Part shown: positions 11,114 to 21,094 of the stretch, in pieces
Layout: each line of letters begins with the position of its first letter
How positions within the stretch are numbered: position 1 is the stretch's first letter
Assembly (NCBI GenBank): GCA_934153945.1
Contig: CAKPFM010000001.1
Coordinates: 72,128 to 136,127, forward strand
DNA from: an uncultured Bacilli bacterium
GTDB lineage: Bacteria > Bacillota_I > Bacilli_A > RF39 > UBA660
Reading direction: 5' to 3'
DNA: 64,000 nucleotides
Program-made: the position numbers and the translations under genes
Notes under the pieces: model-generated
Database searches by the model: none
What the model was told of the DNA's origin: nothing
The model's input: the letters and a program-made list of their open reading frames with translations, nothing else

Positions 11114-13276
11114 ATGAGAAATGGTAGAAAGACTATTTGGAAGGCACCAATGTATGTATATATGGGTGTACTTTTCCTTACTCTTATTTTGTATATACAA
11201 TTTGTTTATTTATCACTGTCACCTACAATATATGGAAGAAATATGTCGGAATTTGCTGCAAGTCGTAATACAGTAAAAAGAACTCTTTCTGCTAAAAGAG
11301 GAACAATATATGATAGTAATTCAAATGTACTTGCCTTAAATGTAAGTTCATATACAGTAATAGCTTACTTACCAAAAAGTACAGTATATACAAAAGAAAA
11401 CTATGTAAAAGATGTAGATGCTACGGCAGAAGCATTAAGTCCACTTCTAAATATGGAAGTTGATACTTTAAAAAAATTACTTACTCAAGATAAATATCAA
11501 GTAGAATTAGGACCTGGTGGTAGAGGAATTACTGAATTAAAAAAAGATGAAATAGAAGCTTTAAATTTACCGGGAATAGATTTTACTGAAGATCAAAAGA
11601 GATATTATCCAAACGGAGATTTTTCTTCATATATTATTGGGTACGCTAAAGATAATGAGATAACAGAAACTGATAAAAATGGAAAAACAACGACTACAAA
11701 ACAAATTGTAGGAGAACTTGGAATAGAATCGAAATATAATAGTTTATTAAGCGGTAAAGATGGATATTTAGAATATCAACAAGATAAATATGGATATAAA
11801 ATAGCTAATACTCAAGTAAAAGAAATTAAAGCCGAAAATGGATATGATATATATTTAACAATTGACGCTAATATACAAAGATTTATAGAATCAGCAATTA
11901 AAGAAGCACAAAATACATATAATCCTGAATGGATTACAATATCAGTAATGGATGCCAAAACAGGAGATATATTAGGAACTAGTTCAACTCCTTCATATGA
12001 TCCAAATGTTAGAAACATTACTAATTATGAAAATATATTTACATCTATTCCATTTGAACCAGGATCAACTATGAAAACATATACATATATGTGCGCTATG
12101 GAAAAAGGAATATATGATGGTTCAAAAACATTTGAATCTGGTACATTTAAAGTAGGTAATTATACAATTAATGACTGGAATCGTAGTGGATGGGGAGCTA
12201 TTACATTTGATAAAGGATATGAATATTCAAGTAATGTAGGAATTGCTAATTTAATTGATCAAGGATTAACGAGACAAGATTTATATGAATGTTTTACAAA
12301 ATATGGATTTGGTGAATTAACTGGAATAGAACTATCAAGAGAACAATCAGGAAAATTAAAATTTATTTATCCAATAGAAGTTTATACAGCCGGATTTGGT
12401 CAAGGTATTACAACTACTCCTGTACAACATTTACAAGCTTTAACTATGGTAGCAAACAATGGAGATATGCTAAAACCTCATATAGTAAGCAAAATAGTTA
12501 ATCCAGATACAAATGAAATTTATTATGAAAGAAACATAGAAAAAATTAGTAATGTTATTTCAACTGAAACAGCTACTAAAATAAAAGATTTAATGTATAT
12601 AACTGTCCAAGGAAAAGATCCAGGAACAACTGGATATCCATATAGAATAGATGGATTTGATGTAATTGGAAAAACAGGAACATCTCAAATTTATAGTAAT
12701 ACATTGGGAGGATATTTAACAGGAGATAATTCATATATATTTTCATATGCTGGTATGTATCCATATGAAGATCCTGAAATTATTATATATGCAGCTATGA
12801 AATTACCAACATGGGGCAAAAGTAGTGGTTTATCAAATGCTGTTAAAGATATAATGAAAAGTATTGCTAAATATAAAAATATGTTTAGTGAAACAAAAGA
12901 AGAAGAGACTTTAAATACAATTGAAATTAAGTCATATTTAAATCAAAATGTAAAAGATGTTACAACAACTTTATCTAATCAAGGATTAAATGTAATAGTA
13001 CTTGGAAATGGTGAAAAAATAATAAAGCAATCAATAGTTAATGATTATTTGATAAGTGGCGAAAAAATTATTTTATTAACTGATGATTCAGAATACAAAA
13101 TGCCAAGTATTATAGGTTGGAGTAGAAATGATGCTATTAAATTATTTAATTTATTAAATATATCTTATACAATTGATGGATATGGATATGTAACAAATCA
13201 AAGTATTGAAAAGAATACAACTATAACAAATGATATGAATATTAATATTACTTTATCAAGTAATTTAGAAAGTTAG
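11114..13276 (+). CDS. class B penicillin-binding protein (transpeptidase) with C-terminal PASTA-like repeats
   Basis: N-terminal TM segment. SxxK motif (GSTMKT), SxN motif (YSSNVG) and KTG motif (GKTGTSQ). About 130 aa of repeated C-terminus. Confidence 0.9.
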   Translation: MRNGRKTIWKAPMYVYMGVLFLTLILYIQFVYLSLSPTIYGRNMSEFAASRNTVKRTLSAKRGTIYDSNSNVLALNVSSYTVIAYLPKSTVYTKENYVKDVDATAEALSPLLNMEVDTLKKLLTQDKYQVELGPGGRGITELKKDEIEALNLPGIDFTEDQKRYYPNGDFSSYIIGYAKDNEITETDKNGKTTTTKQIVGELGIESKYNSLLSGKDGYLEYQQDKYGYKIANTQVKEIKAENGYDIYLTIDANIQRFIESAIKEAQNTYNPEWITISVMDAKTGDILGTSSTPSYDPNVRNITNYENIFTSIPFEPGSTMKTYTYMCAMEKGIYDGSKTFESGTFKVGNYTINDWNRSGWGAITFDKGYEYSSNVGIANLIDQGLTRQDLYECFTKYGFGELTGIELSREQSGKLKFIYPIEVYTAGFGQGITTTPVQHLQALTMVANNGDMLKPHIVSKIVNPDTNEIYYERNIEKISNVISTETATKIKDLMYITVQGKDPGTTGYPYRIDGFDVIGKTGTSQIYSNTLGGYLTGDNSYIFSYAGMYPYEDPEIIIYAAMKLPTWGKSSGLSNAVKDIMKSIAKYKNMFSETKEEETLNTIEIKSYLNQNVKDVTTTLSNQGLNVIVLGNGEKIIKQSIVNDYLISGEKIILLTDDSEYKMPSIIGWSRNDAIKLFNLLNISYTIDGYGYVTNQSIEKNTTITNDMNINITLSSNLES

Positions 13277-13283
13277 GTGCAAT

Positions 13284-14438
13284 ATGAAGAAAGGTTTTAC
13301 TTTAGTTGAAGTTTTAACAGTAATAGTGATATTATCTATTTTATCTATGATTGTTTTTCCTAATGTTGTTAAGATAATAAATAAATCAAAAGATAATTTA
13401 TATCAAACACAACTTAGAGAATTAGAAATGTCTACAAAAAATTTTGCTTTAGATAATCAACAATTATTAGATAAAAATCATTTAAATGATACATATATAT
13501 CATTAGAAACTTTAAAACAATCAATGTATATAAAAAGTGATAAAATTAGTAATCCTAAAACAAGTAAAGAAATGAATGGATGCATGAGAATATACTACAA
13601 TCATGATACTAACCAATATAATTATGAATATATTGATAATGAATGTACTACAGATAGTGGATATATTATTACCTATAAAAATGGTAGTTTTAAAAAAGAA
13701 GAAATTAATCCAGTTAAATCTGCTTATGATAAGATTTTAGAAGATAATACAGCAATATATTTATTAGGAAATACCGAAAGTGGATTATATGACATAGGTG
13801 ACGAATATATTTTTAGAGGTACATCTCCTGCAAACTATGCTGAATTAGGTGGAGAAAAATATAGAATAATTAGTTTAAATAAAACAGATAAAACTATTAA
13901 ATTGATTAAAGAAGTTTATGAAACGAGCGTTTATAGTAGTACTAATAATAATTCTTTTGTAGATTCAACAATATCAAAAGTTATTTTTCCAGAATTTATA
14001 GCAAATAAAAAATATTCAAATAAAATTGTAGATAGTTATAAATGGCCAAATGGAATACTAGATATAACACAAAGTATTGATTATGATACATTGCTATCAG
14101 TTGAAAATACTAACTATGTTCAAAATAGATTAGGTTTAATAAATGTTAGTGATTATGTTATAGCTTCATTAGATACAAATTGTTATAAAAATATTACTTC
14201 AAGTACTTGTAAAAATTCAAATTATTTATATGATTTATTTAAAGGAAAATCATTATGGACTATGAATAATTCTACTAGTGGCAATGTTATAACATTAGAA
14301 GATGGAGTAATTACTAATCATGTTTTAAATTCATCAACTGATTCATCATATAGAATATATCACATAGTAGTATTAAAAAAGAATGTAACAATTAGTAAAG
14401 GAATTGGAACTAGTAGTTCTCCATATAAAGTAGAGTAA
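13284..14438 (+). CDS. large (384-aa) pilin/pseudopilin-like protein with a prepilin-type N-terminal cleavage/methylation motif
   Basis: N-terminus MKKGFTLVEVLTVIVILSILSMIV is a class III signal peptide with the G-F-T-L-x-E motif. The rest has no recognisable domain. Confidence 0.75.
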   Translation: MKKGFTLVEVLTVIVILSILSMIVFPNVVKIINKSKDNLYQTQLRELEMSTKNFALDNQQLLDKNHLNDTYISLETLKQSMYIKSDKISNPKTSKEMNGCMRIYYNHDTNQYNYEYIDNECTTDSGYIITYKNGSFKKEEINPVKSAYDKILEDNTAIYLLGNTESGLYDIGDEYIFRGTSPANYAELGGEKYRIISLNKTDKTIKLIKEVYETSVYSSTNNNSFVDSTISKVIFPEFIANKKYSNKIVDSYKWPNGILDITQSIDYDTLLSVENTNYVQNRLGLINVSDYVIASLDTNCYKNITSSTCKNSNYLYDLFKGKSLWTMNNSTSGNVITLEDGVITNHVLNSSTDSSYRIYHIVVLKKNVTISKGIGTSSSPYKVE

Positions 14439-14505
14439 AGATAATGAACAATTATCTTTTTGTTTTTAATAAATACTTGTAAGCATATAATTAAATGGTG
14501 ATAAC

Positions 14506-16413
14506 ATGTTTAATAAAGAAGTGCATACTAGAATTAAAATAGTATTATTTATATTAATAATTTGTTTAATTATGATTATATGTAAAGTATTTTATACCCA
14601 AGTAATAGATTATAAGAAATTAAATTATCTAGCTAATCAACTTTGGAATAGAAATTTACCAATAATGGCAGATAGAGGAAAAATATATGATAGAAATGGT
14701 GTTGTACTAGCTGATAATATTACTACAACTTCACTAGTACTTATTCCAAATCAAATACAAAATAAAGAAGAAGTAGCAACTAAATTAGCTGAAATATTAA
14801 ATGTAAGTTATGAAGAAATGTATAAACATGTAAGTAAAAAGACATCTATAGAAAGAGTACATCCAGAAGGCAGAAAATTATCATATGAGATAGCTGACAA
14901 AATAAATGAATTAAAGTATGATGGAGTATATTTAGTAAAAGAAAGTACTAGATCATACCCATATCAAAATTTACTGTCGCATACTTTAGGATTTGTAGGA
15001 ATAGATAATCAAGGATTAAGTGGTCTAGAATTAATGTATGATTCATATTTAACTGGTGAATCAGGAGCAATTAAATATATCAGTGACGCAAAAGGAAATA
15101 AATTGGAATTAACTGAAAGTTATGAAGCACCACAAGATGGAGTAAATATGACTTTAACAATAAATTATGAATTACAAGCTGTACTAGAAAGAGAATTAGA
15201 TAATGCAGTAAGTAAATATAATCCAGATCAAGCATTAGGAATAGCTATGAATCCAAAAACGGGAGAAATTCTAGCAATCGCATCACGTCCTGATTTTAAT
15301 CCTAGTGAATATCAAAATTATACAGTAGAAGAAATAAATAGAAATTTGCCAGTATGGATGACATATGAACCAGGATCAACTTTTAAAATTATTACATTAA
15401 GTGCTGCTTTAGAAGAAAAATTAATAGATTTGGATAATGATACATTTTATGATGGTGGCAGTGTAAATGTCGAAAATGCTAGAATAAAATGTTGGAAACA
15501 TGGAGGACATGGAGCTCAAACATATTTACAAGTTGTAGAAAACTCTTGTAACCCAGGATTTGTATCTATTGGTCAAAAATTAGGTAAAGAAAAATTATTT
15601 GAATATATAAATGCATTTGGATTTGGTCAAAAAACAGGAGTAGATTTAAATGGAGAAGCAAGTGGTATATTGTTTAAACTAGATAAAGTTGGCCCAGTAG
15701 AACTAGCAACTACTTCTTTTGGTCAGGGTGTAAGTGTAACACCTATACAACAAATAACTGCTGTTAGTGCTGCTATAAATGGAGGTACTTTAATAAAACC
15801 ATATATAGTAAAAAGTTTAAATGAACCAGAAACAAATACTGTTATTAAAAATTTTGAAAGTGAAATAAAAAGAAAAGTAATAAGCGAAGATACTAGTGAA
15901 AAGGTAAGATATGCTCTAGAAAGTGTAGTTACAAATGGAACAGGTAGAAATGCTTTTATTGATGGATATAGAGTAGGTGGTAAAACTGGAACAGCTCAAA
16001 AAGTAAAAGATGGTAGATATATGGTAGGAAATTATATTGTTTCATTTATAGGATTTATGCCTGCTAACGATCCAGAAATAGTTGTTTATATAGCTGTAGA
16101 TAATGCTAAAGGAATAACACAATATGGAGGCACAATAGCAGCCCCTATCGCAAGAACAATATTACAAGAATCAATAGATATACTAAATATTGAAAAACCA
16201 GTTGGGGCAAGTGAAAAAAAATATAATTATTTAGATAGAAAATATGCAACTGTACCAGATGTTACTAATATGACTTTAAAAGAAGCTTTACAAAATTTAA
16301 AAGGATTTAAAGTAGAATATACTGGAACTGGTTCAAAAGTTATATATCAATCTCCTAGTAAGGAGACAAGAATATTTGAAGGTGAAACTGTTAAATTAAT
16401 GTTAGGAGAATAA
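14506..16413 (+). CDS. class B penicillin-binding protein (FtsI/SpoVD-like) with a C-terminal PASTA domain
   Basis: TM segment, then motifs STFK (GSTFKIITLSAAL), SCN and KTGTA. C-terminus ATVPDVTNMTLKEALQNL is PASTA-like. Confidence 0.9.
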   Translation: MFNKEVHTRIKIVLFILIICLIMIICKVFYTQVIDYKKLNYLANQLWNRNLPIMADRGKIYDRNGVVLADNITTTSLVLIPNQIQNKEEVATKLAEILNVSYEEMYKHVSKKTSIERVHPEGRKLSYEIADKINELKYDGVYLVKESTRSYPYQNLLSHTLGFVGIDNQGLSGLELMYDSYLTGESGAIKYISDAKGNKLELTESYEAPQDGVNMTLTINYELQAVLERELDNAVSKYNPDQALGIAMNPKTGEILAIASRPDFNPSEYQNYTVEEINRNLPVWMTYEPGSTFKIITLSAALEEKLIDLDNDTFYDGGSVNVENARIKCWKHGGHGAQTYLQVVENSCNPGFVSIGQKLGKEKLFEYINAFGFGQKTGVDLNGEASGILFKLDKVGPVELATTSFGQGVSVTPIQQITAVSAAINGGTLIKPYIVKSLNEPETNTVIKNFESEIKRKVISEDTSEKVRYALESVVTNGTGRNAFIDGYRVGGKTGTAQKVKDGRYMVGNYIVSFIGFMPANDPEIVVYIAVDNAKGITQYGGTIAAPIARTILQESIDILNIEKPVGASEKKYNYLDRKYATVPDVTNMTLKEALQNLKGFKVEYTGTGSKVIYQSPSKETRIFEGETVKLMLGE

Positions 16414-16462
16414 TATAGCATTTAATATCTTAATTTGATATAATAGAGTTGGAGTTGATATT

Positions 16463-16846
16463 ATGATTAATTTTAATAAATATCGTGGAAACATTTTAGA
16501 AAAAGATGGAAACTTTGTAAACTATCAAACAACTACAGGAATTATGCATTATGAGATTGTTGAAGATTATTGTAGAAAAAAAGATTATAGTACATGTAGT
16601 GAGCAAGCTATAATAGAAAATGGAAATATTTATATTAGAAATGCTAACATGGGAATGTTTGTAATATATATGCCTTCTAACATAACCAATGAACAATTAT
16701 ATCAATTAGAAGCTAATGATAAAATAATTGATAATTTTACTTATTTAGGTGTTGTTAAAGATGGAAAAAATTATGAGTATACAAATGATATATGGCATAA
16801 TTTTTCAAATGATATTATACAGTCATATTATAAAAAAATAAAATAA
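16463..16846 (+). CDS. hypothetical protein, 127 aa
   Basis: ORF with a plausible RBS and no recognisable motif. Confidence 0.4.
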   Translation: MINFNKYRGNILEKDGNFVNYQTTTGIMHYEIVEDYCRKKDYSTCSEQAIIENGNIYIRNANMGMFVIYMPSNITNEQLYQLEANDKIIDNFTYLGVVKDGKNYEYTNDIWHNFSNDIIQSYYKKIK

Positions 16847-17000
16847 AATTATTATTTAATATATATAGTAATTTATTACCTTTTAATGGTAATGATTTAG
16901 CTATATTTGTAAAAAGAAAAGCAAAATAAAGTTTTTCTTTTTCTATACTATGAAAGAATATAAAATTATGATAAAATAATAAAAGAAATGGAGTAATAAT

Positions 17001-18422
17001 ATGAAAAACGAAAAAATAACAAGTAGAGATGTTGATTTTGCTAAATGGTACACGGATGTAGTAATGGCTGCCCATTTAGCTAGTTATACAAATGTAAAAG
17101 GATGTATTGCAATTGAACCAAATGGTTATGCAATATGGGAAAAAATGCAATCTATTTTGGATAAAAAATTTAAAGAACTAGGACATGTTAATGTACAAAT
17201 GCCTCTATTAATACCAGAAAATTTATTAAAAAAAGAAAGCGATTTAGTAGAAGGTTTTGCTCCTGAAGTAGCATGGGTAACATATGGTGGTTCAAAAGAA
17301 TTAGAAGAAAGATTATGTATTAGACCAACAAGTGAAACAATGTTTTGTGACTATTATAAAGATCATGTTTCATCATATAGAGATTTGCCTAAATTATATA
17401 ATCAATGGTGTAATGTACTTAGATGGGAAAAAGAAACTAGACCTTTTCTAAGAAGTAGAGAATTTTTATGGCAAGAAGGACATACTATTCATAGTACAAG
17501 TGAAGAAGCAGAAAAAGAAACAAAACAAATGATGGATGTATATAAATGGTTTCATCATGAAATTTTAGCTATACCATCTATAACAGGAAGAAAAACAGAA
17601 AAAGAAAAATTTGCTGGAGCTGAATATACTTTAACTAATGAAGCTCTAATGTATAATGGTGTAGCACTTCAAGCAGGAACAAGTCATTACTTTGGACAAA
17701 AATTTAGTAAAGCATATGATGTTAAATTTTTAACTAAAGAAAATAAACAAGAATATGTATATCAAACTTCTTGGGGAACTACTACTAGAATGATTGGTGG
17801 ATTAATAATGGTTCATAGTGATGATAAAGGACTTGTTTTACCACCTAGAATAGCTCCAAAACAAGTAGTTATCATTCCTATTGGTAATAATGAAGATGTC
17901 TTAAATTTATCTAATCAAATAAATCAAAAATTAAATGAAAAAAATATTGTCTCATATGTTGATTTATCAGAAAAATCTCCAGGATTTAAATTTGCTGAAG
18001 CTGAAGTAAATGGTATACCAGTTAGAATAGAAATAGGACCAAGAGATTTAGAAAATAATTTAATTACTATAGCAAGACGTGATACAAGTGAAAAATATCA
18101 AGAAAATATTAATATTGATATAGTAGAATATGTAAATAATTTATTAGAAACTATTCAAAAAGATATGTATAATAGGGCATTAGAAAGAAGAAATAAACTA
18201 ACCTTTACAGCAAAAACTTTAGAAGATGTAGAAAATATAATGAATACACAACCAGGATTTGTTAAAGCTGATTGGTGTGGAAGAGAAGAATGTGAACTTA
18301 AAATGAAAGAAATAAAAGGTACAAAATCTAGATGTATAGTAGATGAAGAAATGATAACAGGTAAATGTGTAGTTTGTGGAGAGGAAGCTAAACATACTGT
18401 TATATGGGGACAGCAATATTAA
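17001..18422 (+). CDS. proS: prolyl-tRNA synthetase, archaeal/eukaryotic-like short type
   Basis: 473 aa. Class II aaRS motifs are present. C-terminal CVVCGEEAKHTVIWGQQY with a terminal Tyr is typical of type-II ProRS. Confidence 0.9.
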   Translation: MKNEKITSRDVDFAKWYTDVVMAAHLASYTNVKGCIAIEPNGYAIWEKMQSILDKKFKELGHVNVQMPLLIPENLLKKESDLVEGFAPEVAWVTYGGSKELEERLCIRPTSETMFCDYYKDHVSSYRDLPKLYNQWCNVLRWEKETRPFLRSREFLWQEGHTIHSTSEEAEKETKQMMDVYKWFHHEILAIPSITGRKTEKEKFAGAEYTLTNEALMYNGVALQAGTSHYFGQKFSKAYDVKFLTKENKQEYVYQTSWGTTTRMIGGLIMVHSDDKGLVLPPRIAPKQVVIIPIGNNEDVLNLSNQINQKLNEKNIVSYVDLSEKSPGFKFAEAEVNGIPVRIEIGPRDLENNLITIARRDTSEKYQENINIDIVEYVNNLLETIQKDMYNRALERRNKLTFTAKTLEDVENIMNTQPGFVKADWCGREECELKMKEIKGTKSRCIVDEEMITGKCVVCGEEAKHTVIWGQQY

Positions 18423-18434
18423 TTCAATAATGTA

Positions 18435-18462
18435 AAGATACTTGAAAAAAGTATCTTTTTTT
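18435..18462 (+). terminator. rho-independent terminator after proS
   Basis: AAGATAC-N9-GTATCTT followed by an 8-T run. Confidence 0.7.
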
Positions 18463-18489
18463 GTTATAAAAATAGAAGGATAGAAAATT

Positions 18490-18836
18490 ATGAAAAAAGG
18501 ATTTACATTAATAGAGCTACTAGCAGTCATAGTAATTTTATCAATAATAGCGTTAATCGCAACACCGATGATATTAGGAGTAATAGAAACAACTAAAAAA
18601 GGAGCGCTAAATCAAGTGCATTAGGCTATATAGATGCAGTAGAAAAAACAATATCAGTAAATATGTTAAATAGTAGTAAAGAGAATATAGATGATGGAGT
18701 ATATGAAGTAAAAACATTAAAAGAAGCAAAATATGATATTCAAGTAAAAGGATAAATACCAAACGATGAAAGTTGGTTAAAAATAAAAGAAGGTGAAGTA
18801 GTATCATATTCATTAAAAATAGTAGAATTGGAATAA
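18490..18836 (+). pseudogene. type IV pilin/ComGC-like pseudogene with one frameshift and one in-frame stop
   Basis: Translation MKKGFTLIELLAVIVILSIIALIATPMILGVIETTKKGA runs into TAG at 18622. The reading continues in another frame (..KSSALGYIDAVEKTISVNMLNSSKENIDDGVYEVKTLKEAKYDIQVKG) to TAA at 18753 (..VKG*IPNDESWLKIKEGEVVSYSLKIVELE), then on to the stop at 18834. Confidence 0.7.
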
Positions 18837-18878
18837 GACCAGGTATAACAATATCTAAATCAATTATTAAATAAAAAA

Positions 18879-18905
18879 CAAAGACTTCAATTGAAGTCTT
18901 TTATT
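18879..18905. terminator. bidirectional terminator between the pilin pseudogene and ssb
   Basis: Perfect palindrome AAAGACTTCAA/TTGAAGTCTTT with A-rich flank on one side and T-rich flank on the other. Confidence 0.65.
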
Positions 18906-18948
18906 ATGATAAAATTGAAATTTGAAATCTTACGTTTAAAATTATAGT

Positions 18949-19275
18949 TTAGTCTTTTTTACTTGATAAAAATGTTACTTTTTCAGCTACTACTTCAGTG
19001 ATATTTTTCTTAGATTCATCATCCATTTCTACTGTTCTTGTTTGAATTCTACCTTTAATTCCTAAAAGGTCACCTTTGTGGCAATATTCAGTAGCTGATT
19101 CAGCTACACCTTTCCAAAGAACACAATTGATAAAGTCAGTATCATAAACTCCTTCAGAATTCTTGTAACTCCTTGGTACAGCTAAAGTAATATTTGTTAC
19201 TTTATTGCCACTTTCAGTTTCATATAGTTCAGGATCACGAACTAATCTACCTACTAGTACAGTTTGATTTAACAT
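18949..19275 (-). CDS. ssb: single-stranded DNA-binding protein, short form lacking the acidic C-terminal tail (SsbB-like)
   Basis: Translation MLNQTVLVGRLVRDPELYETESGNKVTNITLAVPRSYKN...DFINCVLWKGVAE is an OB-fold SSB. It is 108 aa and ends ..SSKKD, with no DDDIPF tail. Confidence 0.85.
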   Translation of the reverse strand: MLNQTVLVGRLVRDPELYETESGNKVTNITLAVPRSYKNSEGVYDTDFINCVLWKGVAESATEYCHKGDLLGIKGRIQTRTVEMDDESKKNITEVVAEKVTFLSSKKD

Positions 19276-19511
19276 ATTGTCCTCCTTTCTGGTTAACTAC
19301 TTTAACAAATTAAAATACTATAATCAAATGGCAAAAACTCGTAATTGATAACTAAATATATATTCAAATTTTAAAATTAGTATATCCATTTTGCAATAAT
19401 AGTTATATTCTAAGTGTCTAAAATAGTAAATTGGTAAAAAATGTAAAAAAAATTATTTACAACATTCATTGTTGATGATACAATAACACAGGATTTATGA
19501 GGTAATGTAAA

Positions 19512-19706
19512 ATGATAAAAATTAAGTTGTATAACAAGCTTTTTAATAAAGGTCAAAAGAAATTTAATTATATATTAGAAAAAGAAGTTGATAATATCTT
19601 AAAAAGAGCTAATCAAAGATTAAATATGGAAAAAGAATCAAAAAAACAAACCAATAATTTAGATAAACAATATCAAAAAACAAAAAGAAGTAGCAAATTT
19701 TTTTAG
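19512..19706 (+). CDS. small basic hypothetical protein, 64 aa
   Basis: ORF with a terminator hairpin (AGTAGC..GCTACT plus T-run, 19689..19715) overlapping its stop. No recognisable motif. Confidence 0.35.
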   Translation: MIKIKLYNKLFNKGQKKFNYILEKEVDNILKRANQRLNMEKESKKQTNNLDKQYQKTKRSSKFF

Positions 19707-19766
19707 CTACTTTTTATACTATATAAATATCAAAAAAAATATGATATAATTAAATAGGTGATTTTA

Positions 19767-20219
19767 ATGAAAAAAATCAGTTTATATACATTTTTATTTT
19801 TATCAATAGATCAAATATCAAAAATATTAGTAAGAATGTATTTAAATTTATATAATGATATAGTACTAATACCTAACTTTTTAAGTTTAATACATGTAAA
19901 AAATGATGGAGCAGCTTTTAGTATATTAGAAGGAAAAACTATCTTTTTTATAATAATAACAATAATAGTATTAATAGGTATAATTTATTATATTAAAAAT
20001 AAAAAATTTAAAAAAATAGATTATATAATATATGGCATGTTAATAGGTGGAATAATAGGTAACTTAATAGATAGAATAATATATGGTAATGTTACAGACT
20101 TTATTTCATTTACAATATTTAATAAACCAATGCCTATATTTAACTTAGCTGATACATTTATATGTATTGGATGTATTTTAATGATATGGAGGGAAGAAAT
20201 ATGCAAGAAATCAAAATAG
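19767..20219 (+). CDS. lspA: lipoprotein signal peptidase II
   Basis: Translation ..HVKNDGAAFSIL...GNLIDRIIYGNVTDFISF...NLADTFI matches LspA motifs. ATG sits 6 nt after AGGTGA. Confidence 0.85.
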   Translation: MKKISLYTFLFLSIDQISKILVRMYLNLYNDIVLIPNFLSLIHVKNDGAAFSILEGKTIFFIIITIIVLIGIIYYIKNKKFKKIDYIIYGMLIGGIIGNLIDRIIYGNVTDFISFTIFNKPMPIFNLADTFICIGCILMIWREEICKKSK

Positions 20220-21094
20220 AAAATGACGAAAATAAGAGAATAGATTCTTACCTTATAGAAAAATTAAATCTAAGTCGTAGTAAAATTCAAACTATGATAA
20301 AAAATAAACAAATACTAGTAAATAATAAGGAAATAAAAAATAGTTATGTTTTAAAAAATGGTGATATTATTACTTCCGAAGAATATGTAGAAGAAGAAAT
20401 GAAAGCTGTTCCAGAAAAAATGGATTTAGATATTGTATATGAAGATGAAGATGTAATAGTTGTCAATAAGAAAAATGGTATGGTAGTTCATCCAGCAGTA
20501 GGAAACAAACATGGAACACTTGTAAATGGGCTTTTATACCATTCTAAATTAAGTGATATAAATGGAGAATTTAGACCAGGAATAGTACATAGAATAGATG
20601 CTTATACAACAGGACTACTAGTGATTGCTAAAAACAATGAAGCACATCTATCTTTAGCTAAACAACTAGAAGAAAAAACAACAACAAGAAAGTATATTGC
20701 TTTAGTACATGGAGTCGTAAATACTGATACTGGAACAATAGATGCTCCAATAGGAAGAGACACTAACGATAGAAAGAAAATGGCTGTAACTGATGTAAAT
20801 GCTAAAAACGCAGTAACTCATTTTAAAGTACTAGAAAGATATAAAAATACTACTTTAATAGAATTACAACTAGAAACAGGAAGAACTCATCAAATAAGAG
20901 TTCATATGAATTATATAGGTTATCCAGTAGTAAATGATCCAGTATATGGTAAAAGAAAATTATTTGATAATACAGGTCAATGTTTACATGCTAAAACTCT
21001 AGGATTTATTCATCCTAGAACAGGGAAATATATGGAATTTACGAGCTGTTTACCAGAATGTTTTATAAACATACTAAATCAAGTTAAAGATTAA
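20201..21094 (+). CDS. rluD: RluA-family 23S rRNA pseudouridine synthase (RluD-like)
   Basis: S4 domain (RIDSYLIEKLNLSRSKIQTMIKNKQILVNNKEI) and catalytic HRIDAYTTGLLVIAKN. Overlaps the lspA 3' end, as in many Firmicutes. Confidence 0.85.
   Translation: MQEIKIENDENKRIDSYLIEKLNLSRSKIQTMIKNKQILVNNKEIKNSYVLKNGDIITSEEYVEEEMKAVPEKMDLDIVYEDEDVIVVNKKNGMVVHPAVGNKHGTLVNGLLYHSKLSDINGEFRPGIVHRIDAYTTGLLVIAKNNEAHLSLAKQLEEKTTTRKYIALVHGVVNTDTGTIDAPIGRDTNDRKKMAVTDVNAKNAVTHFKVLERYKNTTLIELQLETGRTHQIRVHMNYIGYPVVNDPVYGKRKLFDNTGQCLHAKTLGFIHPRTGKYMEFTSCLPECFINILNQVKD

Noticed and set aside
10931-11200. Minus-strand 89-aa ORF spanning the rpoC end and the PBP start
   Set aside because: It crosses the rpoC terminator and overlaps two well-supported plus-strand genes.
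16847-17000. Possible T-box leader upstream of proS
   Set aside because: The spacer is only ~150 nt. It has no specifier-loop/T-box (AGGGUGG..) consensus and no antiterminator/terminator pair. There is only an A/U-only hairpin.
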